A stretch of DNA of 64,000 bases from Polyangiaceae bacterium (GTDB lineage: Bacteria > Myxococcota_A > Polyangia > Polyangiales > Polyangiaceae). Both the position numbers and the translations under genes were made by a program. Numbering within the stretch: the stretch's first letter is position 1; the number at the start of each line of letters is the position of its first letter. Location: contig JAPSGB010000005.1 in NCBI GenBank assembly GCA_035063585.1, positions 96,001-160,000 of the forward strand, read 5' to 3'. The notes under the pieces were generated by a model. It was not told where the DNA came from and made no database searches. It was given only the letters and a program-made list of their open reading frames with translations. Shown piece after piece: positions 26,656 through 39,701 of the stretch.

Positions 26656-27606
26656 TCAGCGCGAGGCCTCGAGCTCCTCGGCGACCAGCCGAGCGAGCTC
26701 GTCGTCGGGCTCGGCCGCTCCGGGCGCAGATCGGCGCGCGGCTCCCCGCGCGAGCGATGCCTCGAGCTCCTCGAACGAGCCCGCTGCGGGTCCGCGCCGG
26801 CGCCCAATGGCGCGGAGCAGCCACGGCTTCGCGCCATCGAGGGTGTACTCGCCGCGCGCGAGCGCCGCCGGGTCCGATCTGAGCCGCTCGACGAGCCGGG
26901 GGTTCGACTGGAGCCAGGTGCTCGCCTCGCCGAGGGCGTCGAGCTGGGTCGCCCCGAGGTGTTTCCTCGCCTGCTTGAGCGGGTGCCCGCCCGCGCCCGC
27001 GAACAGCGCGAGGGCGACCGCGAGCTCGGCGACGCCGAGCGCGGTGACCGAGCTCACGCGCGGTCCCCCGCAGCTCTTCGCATAGATGTACGCGCCCTCG
27101 AGGAGCAGCGCGCCGAAGCCGAGCGCGACCGCGGTGAGGTCGATCGAGATGTCGAGCGGAGCCTCGAGGGGTTCGCGCTCGTCCCTGGTTTCCATCAGGA
27201 AGACCAAGGCGAGCGCGCGGGCGAGGTTGGCGGTGAGCACGGTCGGCTGCGCGAGCTCGGCGGCCGGCACGGTGAGGAGCCAGCCGTCTCCTTCTTCCGC
27301 GACTCGGGGCGCGGCCGAACTGCTCGGCGCGGCGCACGCTCCGCCGCCGCAGCAGCCGCCGCTCGCCGCCGCCGGATCGTCGCCGCCGAGCGCGACGCCT
27401 ACCGGGATGTCCTCCATGCCGGCGTGCTCGAGCATCCGCTCGACCAGCACCGCGACCGACTCGAGATCCGGCGTGAAGACGTCCGGAAAGGACGCGGCGT
27501 CGGGCAGCACCATCGGACGCCGGCCGAGCTCGCCGCCGAGCCGCGACGCGAGCCGCGCGTAACGCTCCACCACCTCGCGCAAGACCGACTCTTCGGGCAG
27601 GCTCAT
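26656..27606 (-). CDS. Hypothetical protein, possibly a degenerate zincin-like fold, with a Cys cluster
   Basis: Protein-like composition; DLTAVALGFG; GGCCGGGAC and KSCGG. Confidence 0.7.
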   Translation of the reverse strand: MSLPEESVLREVVERYARLASRLGGELGRRPMVLPDAASFPDVFTPDLESVAVLVERMLEHAGMEDIPVGVALGGDDPAAASGGCCGGGACAAPSSSAAPRVAEEGDGWLLTVPAAELAQPTVLTANLARALALVFLMETRDEREPLEAPLDISIDLTAVALGFGALLLEGAYIYAKSCGGPRVSSVTALGVAELAVALALFAGAGGHPLKQARKHLGATQLDALGEASTWLQSNPRLVERLRSDPAALARGEYTLDGAKPWLLRAIGRRRGPAAGSFEELEASLARGAARRSAPGAAEPDDELARLVAEELEASR

Positions 27607-27670
27607 CGCGCCCCATTGTCTCCCGAGCTCGGCGGGCGAGCAACCGGACGCGCGCCGCTTCGCCGCGCGC

Positions 27671-28159
27671 TCAGTCGGCGTCGTGCGGGGCGCGCACGCG
27701 CCGATGGTCGAGCTCGCCGCGCCGGATGCGCTCGAGCTCCGCGAGCCTGGTGACCACGCCGCGCGACACGATCTCGAGCACCTTGAGCACGAGCTCGTTC
27801 CGCTTCCCGGGCGCGCCGCCGTAAGAGATGCGGCTCTTGGCCCCTCTTCCGCTCGGCAGCTTGCCCGACGCCTCGCAGGTGACGCGCAGGACGTCCCCGT
27901 CCGCGACCACGCTGAGCTCCTTCACCGCGAACCGGTACTCGATGACGCTCCCCCGGCCGGCTCCCCAGTCGGCGCGGCGCGCGTGGTGCGCGAGCAGCCG
28001 CTCGAGCCGCTTCACGAAGAACCGTGCCCCGGGTACTTCTGCTGGAAATTCCAGGTGATCGAGCTTGACGGTCGGCCGGCCTCGATGCGGCGCGGCGTCG
28101 GCGACGGCGACCGTGAGGAGCACCGCCGCGAGCGCAAGGACTCGAACCGCGACGCGCAT
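27671..28159 (-). CDS. Hypothetical secreted protein
   Basis: Signal peptide MRVAVRVLALAAVLLTVAVADA; basic mature region. Confidence 0.7.
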   Translation of the reverse strand: MRVAVRVLALAAVLLTVAVADAAPHRGRPTVKLDHLEFPAEVPGARFFVKRLERLLAHHARRADWGAGRGSVIEYRFAVKELSVVADGDVLRVTCEASGKLPSGRGAKSRISYGGAPGKRNELVLKVLEIVSRGVVTRLAELERIRRGELDHRRVRAPHDAD

Positions 28160-28278
28160 GGCGCGCCCAAGCTACCCGCGCGCGCCGGAGAGTGCCCAGT
28201 TTATGGGGTGTCGGAGCGGCGCGGCCGGGCGGCGCGGGTCGGTTGTCGAGCTTGGGCGGCCGGCGTACCATCCCGAGC

Positions 28279-30618
28279 ATGTCTTGGCGATACTTCTCGG
28301 CGGCGGTCTTGCTCGCCGCGGGCCTACTGGCGATCCCGGCGTGCGGCAGCTCATCGAGCGAGGACAGCGCAGGCGGCTGCCCGGGAGGCTGCGCGGTGGG
28401 CGAGACCTGCCGGAACGGTCACTGCACGCCGGGCGGGGGCGGCGGCGCGAGCGGGAGCGACGGAGGCGGCTCGGGAGGTGGCTTCAACGTCGACGGCGGC
28501 GGCGGCGCCGGCGGGGACTGTCCGGCGGCTCAGGTGTGCGGGAGCGCCTGCTGCAAGAGCGGTGAGAGCTGCGCGCTCGGAACCACCTGCGCGCCCACTC
28601 AGGGGTCGTGCGCGAGCGCCGATGACTGCCTCTACGACAGCTACTGCGAGGGCGGAGCGTGCGTGCCCTACGGCGCGCCGCCCACCGGCAAGACCAGCGA
28701 CGACACCTGCAAGGCGAACATCACCATCGACTCCATCGCGCCCGCCGAGCAGTGCCGGTTCACCGAGGCGCCCTCGGGCGATCCCTGGCCGAGCTTCGTT
28801 CAGGTCATGAGCACGCCGGTCGTGGTCGACTTCAACTTCGATGACGACGCGAAGACGCTGCATCCCTCGATCATCTTCAACACCTTCGCGACCGGCTCGG
28901 GCTACGGCGGCCAAGGCGTGCTCCGCGTCATCTCCGGCGCGGACTGCACGCAAGAGTACGTGGACCCTGACCTCGCCAACTCCACCAACGCGCCGGCCTC
29001 GCCGGCGGTCGGCGACCTCGACGGCGACGGGCGCCCCGAGATCGTCGCGGCGGCTCAACTCGGGGGAGTCATCGCGCTCAGGTGGAACGCGACCAGCAAG
29101 ACCTTCGAGCGGATGTGGCGCTCCGGCTCGTGCCCGGGCGGCAGCGGCCCGCCCTCGGCGAGCGACGTGACCGGCGGACCGGACCGCTGGAGCGGTCCCA
29201 GCATTTACGACCTCGACGATGACGGGAAGGCCGAGATCATCTACGGCGCCACCGTCTATCGCGGCACCGACGGCTGCATCCTCTCCGACTCGCTCGGCTT
29301 CCAGCCCTACAGCGTCGGCTACGTGCCGGTCATCGCGGACGTGGATGAGGACGGCAAGCCCGAGCTCGTGCTCGGCAACGGCATCTACGAGTGGAGCGCC
29401 GCGACCAACGACTGGGTCGCCGAGAGCTACTTCACCGCGAGCGGGGGCACGCCCGCCGGCCAGGTCGCGGTGGCGGATTTCGGGAGCTTCCCGCTCGCCT
29501 CGCAGGGCGGCGCGGATCGCGCCGAGATCGCCGTCATCTCCGGCGGGACCGCGCGCGTGCAGACCATCGAGGGCACGGTGATCTTCGGGCCGGTCGCGAT
29601 CCCCGGCGGCGGCACCGGGGGCGCGCCCACCATCGCCGACTTCGACGGCGATGGTCGCGCGGAGTTCGCCACCGCCGGCGGCAAGAACTACGTGGTCTTC
29701 GATTTCGACTGCGTGGCGGGTGGTGATGCGGCCAAGTGCAACGGCCAATCGCGGACGGATGGCATCCTCTGGACGCAGCCGTCGCAGGACGCGAGCTCCA
29801 ACGTCACCGGCTCGAGCGTCTTCGACTTCGACGCCAACGGCGCGGCGGAGGCCGTCTACGCCGACGAGTGCTACCTCCGCATCTACGACGGCAAGACCGG
29901 CAACGTCGTCTACAGCGCGCCGCGCTCGAGCGGCACGACCTACGAGAACCCCGTCATCGCCGACGTGGACGGCGACTATCACACCGAGATCGTCTCGGCG
30001 GTGAACGACTACGGCGGCAACTACGGCTGTCCCGCAAACGATCCGCTGTTCCCCTCCACCAGCCTCGCGCCGACCCACGGCGTGGTGGTCCTGCGCGACG
30101 TGGAAGATCGCTGGGCCGCGTCGCGCCCGGTGTGGAATCAGCATGCGTACTCGGTCACCAACGTCGGTGATCGCGGCGAGATCCCGCGCACCAGCGCGAT
30201 GAAGAGGAATTGGCGCGAGCCCGGGCTCAACAACTTCCGCCAGAACGTCCAGGGCGGGCTCGACGCGCTCGGTGAGCCGGACCTCACCGTCGGCGGGCAG
30301 GTCGGCACGGTGGCGTGCAAGGGCTCCGTGGCGACCATCGAGGGGCGCGTGTGCAATCGCGGCACGCTGCCGATGGTGAGCGGCACCGAGGTCCGTTTCT
30401 ACGACGGCAGCGAGACGGGCTCCCAACTCTGCGCCACGCCCATCCCGCAGGCGCTCGACGTTGGCGAGTGCACGGTCGTAAGCTGCGAGGCCGACCTCGG
30501 CGGGCAAACGAAAGACGTCTTCGTGAAGGTGGACCCGGCAAACCTCTCGAAGGAGTGCCACGAGAACAACAACGCCGCGGTCTACCGGGGCGTCGGTTGC
30601 GGCCTCATGCCGCGCTAG
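28279..30618 (+). CDS. FG-GAP/VCBS repeat lipoprotein with Cys-rich N-terminus and CARDB-like C-terminus
   Basis: Lipobox IPAC; repeated GDLDGDGRPEI, DLDDDGKAEI, DVDEDGKPEL, DFDGDGRAEF, DVDGDYHTEI; WNQHAY; PDL...ECHENNN. Confidence 0.88.
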   Translation: MSWRYFSAAVLLAAGLLAIPACGSSSSEDSAGGCPGGCAVGETCRNGHCTPGGGGGASGSDGGGSGGGFNVDGGGGAGGDCPAAQVCGSACCKSGESCALGTTCAPTQGSCASADDCLYDSYCEGGACVPYGAPPTGKTSDDTCKANITIDSIAPAEQCRFTEAPSGDPWPSFVQVMSTPVVVDFNFDDDAKTLHPSIIFNTFATGSGYGGQGVLRVISGADCTQEYVDPDLANSTNAPASPAVGDLDGDGRPEIVAAAQLGGVIALRWNATSKTFERMWRSGSCPGGSGPPSASDVTGGPDRWSGPSIYDLDDDGKAEIIYGATVYRGTDGCILSDSLGFQPYSVGYVPVIADVDEDGKPELVLGNGIYEWSAATNDWVAESYFTASGGTPAGQVAVADFGSFPLASQGGADRAEIAVISGGTARVQTIEGTVIFGPVAIPGGGTGGAPTIADFDGDGRAEFATAGGKNYVVFDFDCVAGGDAAKCNGQSRTDGILWTQPSQDASSNVTGSSVFDFDANGAAEAVYADECYLRIYDGKTGNVVYSAPRSSGTTYENPVIADVDGDYHTEIVSAVNDYGGNYGCPANDPLFPSTSLAPTHGVVVLRDVEDRWAASRPVWNQHAYSVTNVGDRGEIPRTSAMKRNWREPGLNNFRQNVQGGLDALGEPDLTVGGQVGTVACKGSVATIEGRVCNRGTLPMVSGTEVRFYDGSETGSQLCATPIPQALDVGECTVVSCEADLGGQTKDVFVKVDPANLSKECHENNNAAVYRGVGCGLMPR

Positions 30619-30759
30619 CGCGACGGGCGGCTTGCCCGGTCGGAGGGTCGGTCCGGCGCGGCCGGCGCCACGAAGCGGCCGCGCGCCGCGCCGGCAACCC
30701 ATCCCGAGGCCCGCGCGCTTTACGAGGCCGCGGGTTCGCGCTAGGTGACGCGGCGCGGC

Positions 30760-32415
30760 ATGAGCGTGTCAGACGATACTGACGTCGACGTCGTCGTCAT
30801 CGGCGGCGGCGTGAACGGCACCGGCGTGGCGCGCGACGCCGCGCAGCGCGGCCTCAGGGTCGCGCTCTTCGAGCGCAACGACATCGCCTTCGGGGCGAGC
30901 GGCAATTCGAGCGGGATGCTGCACGGCGGGCCGCGCTACCTCCTCTACGATCCCGAGGTCACCTATACGTCGTGCCTCGACTCTGGGCACATCCAGTCGA
31001 TCGCGCCGCACCTCCTCTTTCGGATCCCGTTCCTGATGCCGATCTACGCGTCGGCGATGGCCTCCAAGGTCACGCTCACGCTCTACGACGCCTTCTTCGG
31101 GCTCTACGACAGGTATCAGCCGTTGAAGCGCGGCAAGCCGCACGTCCGGCTCACCCCGGAGGAGCTCCGCGCCCTCGAACCGGGGCTCCGCGGCGAGGTG
31201 GTCGGCGGCGTCAGCTTCGACGAGTGGGGGATCGACGGCACTCGACTCTGCATCGGCAGCGCGGTCGACGCGATGGAGCGGGGCGCCGAGGTGCGCGCGC
31301 ACGCCACCGTGACGGACATCCTACGTCGTGACGACGGGAGCGTGCGCGGGGTGCGCTATCGCGACCGTGAGACGGGCGAGACCGGCGTGCGAACGGCGCG
31401 CATGGTGGTGAACGCGACCGGCGCCTGGGCGCCCATCACGGCCACCCTCGGCGGGCTCGCGCCGAAGGCGGCGCGCGTGCGGCCCGGCAAGGGGATCCAC
31501 GTCTTCTATGATCGGCGGCTCACCAACTACGCCATCGTCTGCGAGGCCGTCGACGGCCGGCAGATGTTCCTCTTGCCGTGGCAGAACATGACCGTCATCG
31601 GCACCACCGACGACGACTTCTACGGCGATCTCGACGACGTGGTCGCGACCGGCGACGAAGTGCGGTACCTGGTGCAGGCGGTCGAGCGGGTGTTCCCCGC
31701 GATCCGCGCGGGGCGCATCATCGGCACCTGGGCCGGGGTGCGCCCCACGCTCCACGCCTGGGGCCCGAACGAAGACCAGCTCTCGCGCGAGCACCAGATC
31801 GTCGATCACGCCGAGCACGGCGCGAGCGGGCTCTACTCGATGATCGGCGGCAAGCTCGCGAGCTATCGCATCTTCGCCGAGGAGATGACCGACGTGCTCG
31901 CCCGGCGCGCGGGCATCGGCGCGCGCAGCCGCACCCACGAGCTCGCGCTCCCGGGCGGCGACGAGCGGGTGGAGCCGCTCGTCCTCGCGGAGCAGGCGCG
32001 CATCGAGCCGGTCGCCGCGGCGCGGCTCGAGTATCGGCACGGTGGCCGCAGCTTGCGCGTGCTCGAGCGCATGCTGCGCGATCCGCGCGAGCGCGCGGTC
32101 GTATGCGAGTGCGAGCCGGTCACCCTGGCCGAGATCCGCTACGTGGTCGAGAACGAGCTTGCGACCACGGTCGACGACGTCTCGCGCCGCACGCGGCTCG
32201 GGCTCGGCGCCTGCGGAGGGATGCGCTGCGCGGCGCGCTGCGGGCAGATCGTCGCGGACGCCACCGGCCGCTCGCCGGCCGACGGCGCGCGGATGGCCTC
32301 CGAGTTCCTCGCCCGGGCCGCCCGGCGCCGGCTCTCGACCATCGGCCCCGAGCAGGCGCGTCAAGAGGCGCTCGCGCTCGGCGCGGAGCGCGCGCTCCTC
32401 GGGGCTCCGCGATGA
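30760..32415 (+). CDS. glpA: FAD-dependent glycerol-3-phosphate dehydrogenase, GlpA type with BFD-like [2Fe-2S] tail
   Basis: IGGGVNG, SGMLHGGPRYL, VNATGAW, KGIH, GTTD, AGVRP, SREH, GGKL; CECE...RRTRLGLGACGGMRC. Confidence 0.85.
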   Translation: MSVSDDTDVDVVVIGGGVNGTGVARDAAQRGLRVALFERNDIAFGASGNSSGMLHGGPRYLLYDPEVTYTSCLDSGHIQSIAPHLLFRIPFLMPIYASAMASKVTLTLYDAFFGLYDRYQPLKRGKPHVRLTPEELRALEPGLRGEVVGGVSFDEWGIDGTRLCIGSAVDAMERGAEVRAHATVTDILRRDDGSVRGVRYRDRETGETGVRTARMVVNATGAWAPITATLGGLAPKAARVRPGKGIHVFYDRRLTNYAIVCEAVDGRQMFLLPWQNMTVIGTTDDDFYGDLDDVVATGDEVRYLVQAVERVFPAIRAGRIIGTWAGVRPTLHAWGPNEDQLSREHQIVDHAEHGASGLYSMIGGKLASYRIFAEEMTDVLARRAGIGARSRTHELALPGGDERVEPLVLAEQARIEPVAAARLEYRHGGRSLRVLERMLRDPRERAVVCECEPVTLAEIRYVVENELATTVDDVSRRTRLGLGACGGMRCAARCGQIVADATGRSPADGARMASEFLARAARRRLSTIGPEQARQEALALGAERALLGAPR

Positions 32416-33509
32416 CGGTCGTCGTGGTCGGCGGGGGCGTCGCGGGCACGGCTGCGGCGTGGCTCCTCGCGCAAGAGGGCGTCGAGTGCGTCCTCTATCA
32501 TGAGCGCGCCGGCGCGAGCGCGCTCTACGCGGGCGCGGTCGATGGCGACGCGCCCGGCGACGAGCTCGCGGGCTTCGCCGCGGCGCTCGGCCTCTGGCGG
32601 CTCGGCCCGTGCACGGTGGCGAGCCCGGACGGTCTCGCGCGTCCCGCGCTCGGCCGCGACGCCGCGCTGCTCGATCTCGGCGAGTGGGCGGGGCGGCGGG
32701 TGGCCGTCGCCGACGTCGCGCGCGACGGCTGGGATGCGAGGCTCGTCGCGCGCTCGCTCGGGCTCGAGGCGGTGCCGGTGACCGGGCTCCGCGAGGACTA
32801 CGAGCGCCGCCTCGGAGACTGGGACTTCGCCGCGCTCCACGACGAGCCGGGGCGGGCCGCCTGGCTCGCCGAGCACCTCGCGCGCGCGGGCGAGGGCGTG
32901 GACGCCTGGCTCGTCGGTCCGTGGCTCGGCACTATGCCGGGCGTCGCGGCGCGAGTGACCGAGCTCGCGGGTAAGCCGGTCGGTGAGACGCTCTCCATGC
33001 TGGACGGCCCCGCTGGCTCGCGCTTCGAGGCGGCGCGCGACGCGCTGCTCGGCACGCGCGCGCGCCGAGGGCGGGTGACCCGCGTCGCGCGCGACGGCGC
33101 GGGCTTCCGCGTGGCGCTCGAGGATGGGGAGGCGCTAGAGGCGGAGGCGGTCGTGCTGGCGACCGGCGGCGTCGCGGCCGGCGGCATCCGGCTCGAGCCA
33201 CCGCTCGCGGGCCACGCGGGCGGGGCGGGCTTCGCGCTCGGCTTCGACGCGCCCGTCACGCTCGAGCTCGACGGCGTCCTGGCGGACCGCGCCTCGACGC
33301 TCCACGGCGTCGATTTCGAGCGGCTCGGAAGGGACGTGGTCGAGCGCATCGGCGCGGTGAGCGCGGTCGAAGGGCTCGCGCTCGCCGGCGATCTGCTCGC
33401 CGGACGCCCGCGCAACGTGCTCGAGGCGGTGCGGAGCGGGCTCGCCGCGGCGCGGCGCGTCGCCCGCGCCGTGCGCGCGGCGCCGCCCGCGAGCCGATGT
33501 GCGCCGTGA
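32412..33509 (+). CDS. glpB: GlpB-like FAD-binding protein
   Basis: [41 protein letters not shown]-coupled to glpA. Confidence 0.6.
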   Translation: MTVVVVGGGVAGTAAAWLLAQEGVECVLYHERAGASALYAGAVDGDAPGDELAGFAAALGLWRLGPCTVASPDGLARPALGRDAALLDLGEWAGRRVAVADVARDGWDARLVARSLGLEAVPVTGLREDYERRLGDWDFAALHDEPGRAAWLAEHLARAGEGVDAWLVGPWLGTMPGVAARVTELAGKPVGETLSMLDGPAGSRFEAARDALLGTRARRGRVTRVARDGAGFRVALEDGEALEAEAVVLATGGVAAGGIRLEPPLAGHAGGAGFALGFDAPVTLELDGVLADRASTLHGVDFERLGRDVVERIGAVSAVEGLALAGDLLAGRPRNVLEAVRSGLAAARRVARAVRAAPPASRCAP

Positions 33510-33624
33510 CGGTGAAGCGCGCCGCGCGGTTCCGCGCCGAACCGACCTCACCCTCGGAGTGTCGGAGCGGAGACGGTCTCTGGCTCGTTGCCGGCGCGGG
33601 ACCGATGCGGTAGGCACCCCCGCG

Positions 33625-36315
<2,691 letters not shown>

Positions 36316-36340
36316 CGGCAGCGTCAGCCGCCGCGCGCGC

Positions 36341-37690
36341 TCACGGCTTGCCGATGAGCACGCCCGCGAGGAGCTGGTAGCCGACGCTGAGCGCCTGGTC
36401 GGGCCCCCCGGTCGGGTCGTCGGGGAGCTCGCGCGCGACCCCGAGGCGGGTCGAGGGCGCGGCGGCGCCGCCGTCGCCGGGCGCTGGCGCGCCGGCGTCC
36501 GGCTGGGCGCTCCCGGGAGGCCCCTCGGCAGGGAGGTGGTTATCGAGGTCGCTCTCGCGCACCACGCCGAAGCCCGGCTCGGCGGCGACTCCCGCGGCGA
36601 CCGTCAGGTCGGGCGCGATCCCTTGGGCCTGGATCGAGCGCCCGCTCGGCGTGTAGTAGCGCATGGTGGTGAGTCGCATGCCGGCGCCGCCAGGGAGCTC
36701 GAGGATCGACTGCACCGAGCCCTTGCCGAAGGTCCGTGCGCCGACGACGGTGGCGCGGCGCTGGTCCTGCAGCGCACCGGCGACGAGCTCGGCGGCGCTC
36801 GCGCTGTACTCGTTCACGAGCGCGACCACCGGGCCGCGCGCGAGCGCGCCGCCGCTCGTCGCGCGCACCGTGTCCACCACCTTGCCGCGGTGACGGGTGG
36901 TGTAGATGATCCCGCCTGACAAGAGCTCGTCGGCCACGCCGCTCGCCTCGTCCACCAGGCCGCCCGGGTTGTTCCGGAGATCGAGCAGCACCCCGGCGAG
37001 CTCGCCGCGCGCGTGAGCGCGAAGCTGACCCACCGTGCGCATGAGCTCGTCGTGCGTTCCGGTCTGGAACTGCTTGATGCGGAGGTACGCGATGCCTCCG
37101 CGGAGGAGCTTCCCGGTCACGCTCGAGACATGGATCACCTCGCGCTCGAGCTTGAAGTAGAGGGGCTCGTCGGAGCCTTGACGGCGTATCGTGATGGTGA
37201 CGAAGGTGCCAGGCGCTCCCCGCATCAGCCGCACCAGCTCCTCGCCCGACTTGCCGCGCACGGGCGCGCCCTCGACGGCGACGATCCGGTCGCCCGATTT
37301 CACTCCCGCGCGGGCCGCCGGTGAGCCGTCGATGGGCGCGAGCACCACGACTCCCTCGTCTCGGAAGTCGACCTCGACGCCGATCCCGGCGAAACTTCCC
37401 TCGGTGTCCGAGCGGAAGACCGCGTATTCCTCGGGAGTCATGTACGAGGAGTGCGGGTCGAGCTCGGCGACCATGCCCTTTACGGCGCCTTGGAGGAGGC
37501 GCGTGCGGTCGACGGGCTCGACGTAGTCGTTCTCGATGAGCGCGAGCACCTGACCGAGCTGCTGCAGCAGGTCGTACGGGCTCGACGCGCTGCTACGCGC
37601 GCGCGCGAGCCCGGTCGCGGTTCCGCCCGCGGCGAAGCCGAGGAGCGCGACGAGCATGACCCGAGCCGAGAAGCGGGAGTTGGTCGCCAT
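36341..37690 (-). CDS. ctpA: S41 carboxyl-terminal processing protease
   Basis: LDPHSSY, PDZ (GIG..SPAARAG), LDLRNNPGG, SASAAE, TFGKGSVQ, YYTPSGRSIQ. Confidence 0.94.
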   Translation of the reverse strand: MATNSRFSARVMLVALLGFAAGGTATGLARARSSASSPYDLLQQLGQVLALIENDYVEPVDRTRLLQGAVKGMVAELDPHSSYMTPEEYAVFRSDTEGSFAGIGVEVDFRDEGVVVLAPIDGSPAARAGVKSGDRIVAVEGAPVRGKSGEELVRLMRGAPGTFVTITIRRQGSDEPLYFKLEREVIHVSSVTGKLLRGGIAYLRIKQFQTGTHDELMRTVGQLRAHARGELAGVLLDLRNNPGGLVDEASGVADELLSGGIIYTTRHRGKVVDTVRATSGGALARGPVVALVNEYSASAAELVAGALQDQRRATVVGARTFGKGSVQSILELPGGAGMRLTTMRYYTPSGRSIQAQGIAPDLTVAAGVAAEPGFGVVRESDLDNHLPAEGPPGSAQPDAGAPAPGDGGAAAPSTRLGVARELPDDPTGGPDQALSVGYQLLAGVLIGKP

Positions 37691-37891
37691 GACCCCGAGG
37701 CTAGACGAAATGCGCGGCAGTTCGAGCCTGGCGGCGCGCGCGGGAGGGCGAGGAGCCCCGGGGCGCGGGCGGCGCGCTGCGCCTCGGGGAAGCCGCGCCG
37801 AAGGGTGGTTGATCTCGCATCCTTCGAGGTGCTAGTGTCGAAGTACGCTATCGGTAGGCACGAGCGCCTACCCGAGCCGGAGGACCGATCC

Positions 37892-38110
37892 GTGGCTGAC
37901 GAGTCCGCCAAGACGGGCAGCGACAAACGCAAGCAGAGCCTCTACTTCCCCGAGGCGATGCTCCAGGAAATCAAGGACGAGGCAGCGCGACTCGATCGCT
38001 CCCTGTCTTGGGTCGTCCAGCGAGCTTGGAAGATGGCTCGGCTGGAGATCAAGAAGATCCCGAGTGTCAACGACATCGGAGACGAAGAAGAAGAGTCCGA
38101 GAACACCTGA
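37892..38110 (+). CDS. TIGR04563-type (MXAN_4361/4362 family) small ribbon-helix-helix-like protein
   Basis: SDKRKQSLYFPEAMLQEIKDEAARLDRSLSWVVQRAWK; GGAGGA RBS before GTG 37892. Confidence 0.85.
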   Translation: MADESAKTGSDKRKQSLYFPEAMLQEIKDEAARLDRSLSWVVQRAWKMARLEIKKIPSVNDIGDEEEESENT

Positions 38111-38987
38111 GCGCGACGTCGCGGATTCGTTCGCTCACGGCGTGGACGGCACGCGTCTGTTCGTGCATCGCCGGCCCGGCCCCTCCGAGACGACCGCGCT
38201 GCTCTCCGACGGGATCGTCTGCGACGGCTTCATCTACAAGTACCTCGAAGAGGATCTCGCGCATCGGCTCTCGGTCGCGCACTGGCACTACCGGGGGCAT
38301 GGCCGGAGCGCGCCGCCGGTGGATGACGAGCGGATTGGGGTCGAGGACCACGCCGCGGATCTCGACGCGGTGCGCCGTCACCTCGGTGATCCACCGGTCC
38401 TCTTGGTCGGGCACTCTTTCGGGGTGCAGGTCGCGCTCGAGGCCTACCGGCGTCGTCCGGAGGGCGTGAAGGGCCTCGTGCTCTTGTGCGGCACCTTCGG
38501 GCGGGTCACTCACACCTTCAAGGGGACCGACCTGCTCGCTGCGGTGCTGCCGCGGCTCACCGCGGCTGCTGGCCAGCACCCCAAGATCGCGCGTGCGCTC
38601 TGGTCGCGGATGCCGCCGCGGATCGCGCTCAAGCTCGCGCTCCTGACGGGCGACATCGACCCGCAAGCGATCGACGAAGAGGACGTCCGCCCCTATTTCG
38701 AGCACGTCGCGGACGTCGACGTGGTGATGTTCTTGCGGATGCTCGCGCGCGCGGGGGAGCACTCCGCGGCGGATCTGCTGCCGCGCGTGCGCGTCCCGGT
38801 GCTGGTGGTGGCGGGAGATCGCGACTCCTTCACTCCGCCGGGGCTCAGCGAGAGCATGGCCGAGCGCATCCCCGACGGGGAGTTGCTGATGATCCCCGGC
38901 GGAACCCACGTGACTCCTCTCGAGCATCACGAGCTCGTGGCGAGGCGCATCGAGCAGTTCCTCGACGAGCATGGGCTCGCGAGATGA
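38064..38987 (+). CDS. Alpha/beta fold hydrolase
   Basis: YRGHGRS, GHSFG, GDRD, GTH (complete triad); start uncertain, possibly downstream of 38110. Confidence 0.88.
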   Translation: MSTTSETKKKSPRTPERDVADSFAHGVDGTRLFVHRRPGPSETTALLSDGIVCDGFIYKYLEEDLAHRLSVAHWHYRGHGRSAPPVDDERIGVEDHAADLDAVRRHLGDPPVLLVGHSFGVQVALEAYRRRPEGVKGLVLLCGTFGRVTHTFKGTDLLAAVLPRLTAAAGQHPKIARALWSRMPPRIALKLALLTGDIDPQAIDEEDVRPYFEHVADVDVVMFLRMLARAGEHSAADLLPRVRVPVLVVAGDRDSFTPPGLSESMAERIPDGELLMIPGGTHVTPLEHHELVARRIEQFLDEHGLAR

Positions 38988-39697
38988 GCGGCGCGCTCGA
39001 GCCTCGGCTCATCGGGGAGCTCCTCGCGCTCTTCGTGCACGACCTCCGAAACCCGCTCTCCGCGCTCTCGAGCAACGTCCGATTCGTCGAGCAGTCGTGC
39101 GCCACCCGAGACGCCGACGTCGCCGAAGCGCTCCGCGACTCGAGCGCCGCGTGCGTCGGGATCGCTCACTTCGCCGAGAACCTCAACCTCTTCGCGAGGG
39201 TGCTCGCAGAGGGACGCGGGCGGACCGCGACCCGGCTCTGCATCGACACCGTGGTCGCCACGGCCGTCCGGCGAATGGTCGCCATCGCGTCGAGCCACCG
39301 GGTCGAGCTGTCGCTCGAGGGGACCGCGGGCGAGCGCGAAGGTCACGCCTTCGCGGAGAGCGAGCTCTTCGCGCTCTTGGTGACCAACCTGATCCGAAAC
39401 GGAATCGAGCACGCTCCCGCCGAGACCACCGTGGTCGTCGCGATCCAACGTGACGAGCACGAGGGGACGGTGTCGGTCATCGACGGGGGCCCGCCGCTCG
39501 ACGTCGGGCTCCTCGAGCGTGCCTTCACCGCGGAGGGGCAGCTCGTCGCGAAGGGGCTCGCCGCCGGTCGCTACGGGCGCGGGCTCGGGCTCTACGCTGC
39601 GCGGCTCGCGGCGGACGCGGTCGGCGCGCGCCTCCGCGCCGAGACGACGCCCGATGGCCGGAGCCGCCTCGCCCTCGCCGTGCCGCTGGTCGCCTGA
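38984..39697 (+). CDS. Minimal sensor-less histidine kinase (HisKA + HATPase)
   Basis: VHDLRNPL, NLIRNG, DGGP, GRGLGL; ATGA-coupled to the hydrolase. Confidence 0.85.
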   Translation: MSGALEPRLIGELLALFVHDLRNPLSALSSNVRFVEQSCATRDADVAEALRDSSAACVGIAHFAENLNLFARVLAEGRGRTATRLCIDTVVATAVRRMVAIASSHRVELSLEGTAGEREGHAFAESELFALLVTNLIRNGIEHAPAETTVVVAIQRDEHEGTVSVIDGGPPLDVGLLERAFTAEGQLVAKGLAAGRYGRGLGLYAARLAADAVGARLRAETTPDGRSRLALAVPLVA

Positions 39698-39701
39698 GCC
39701 G

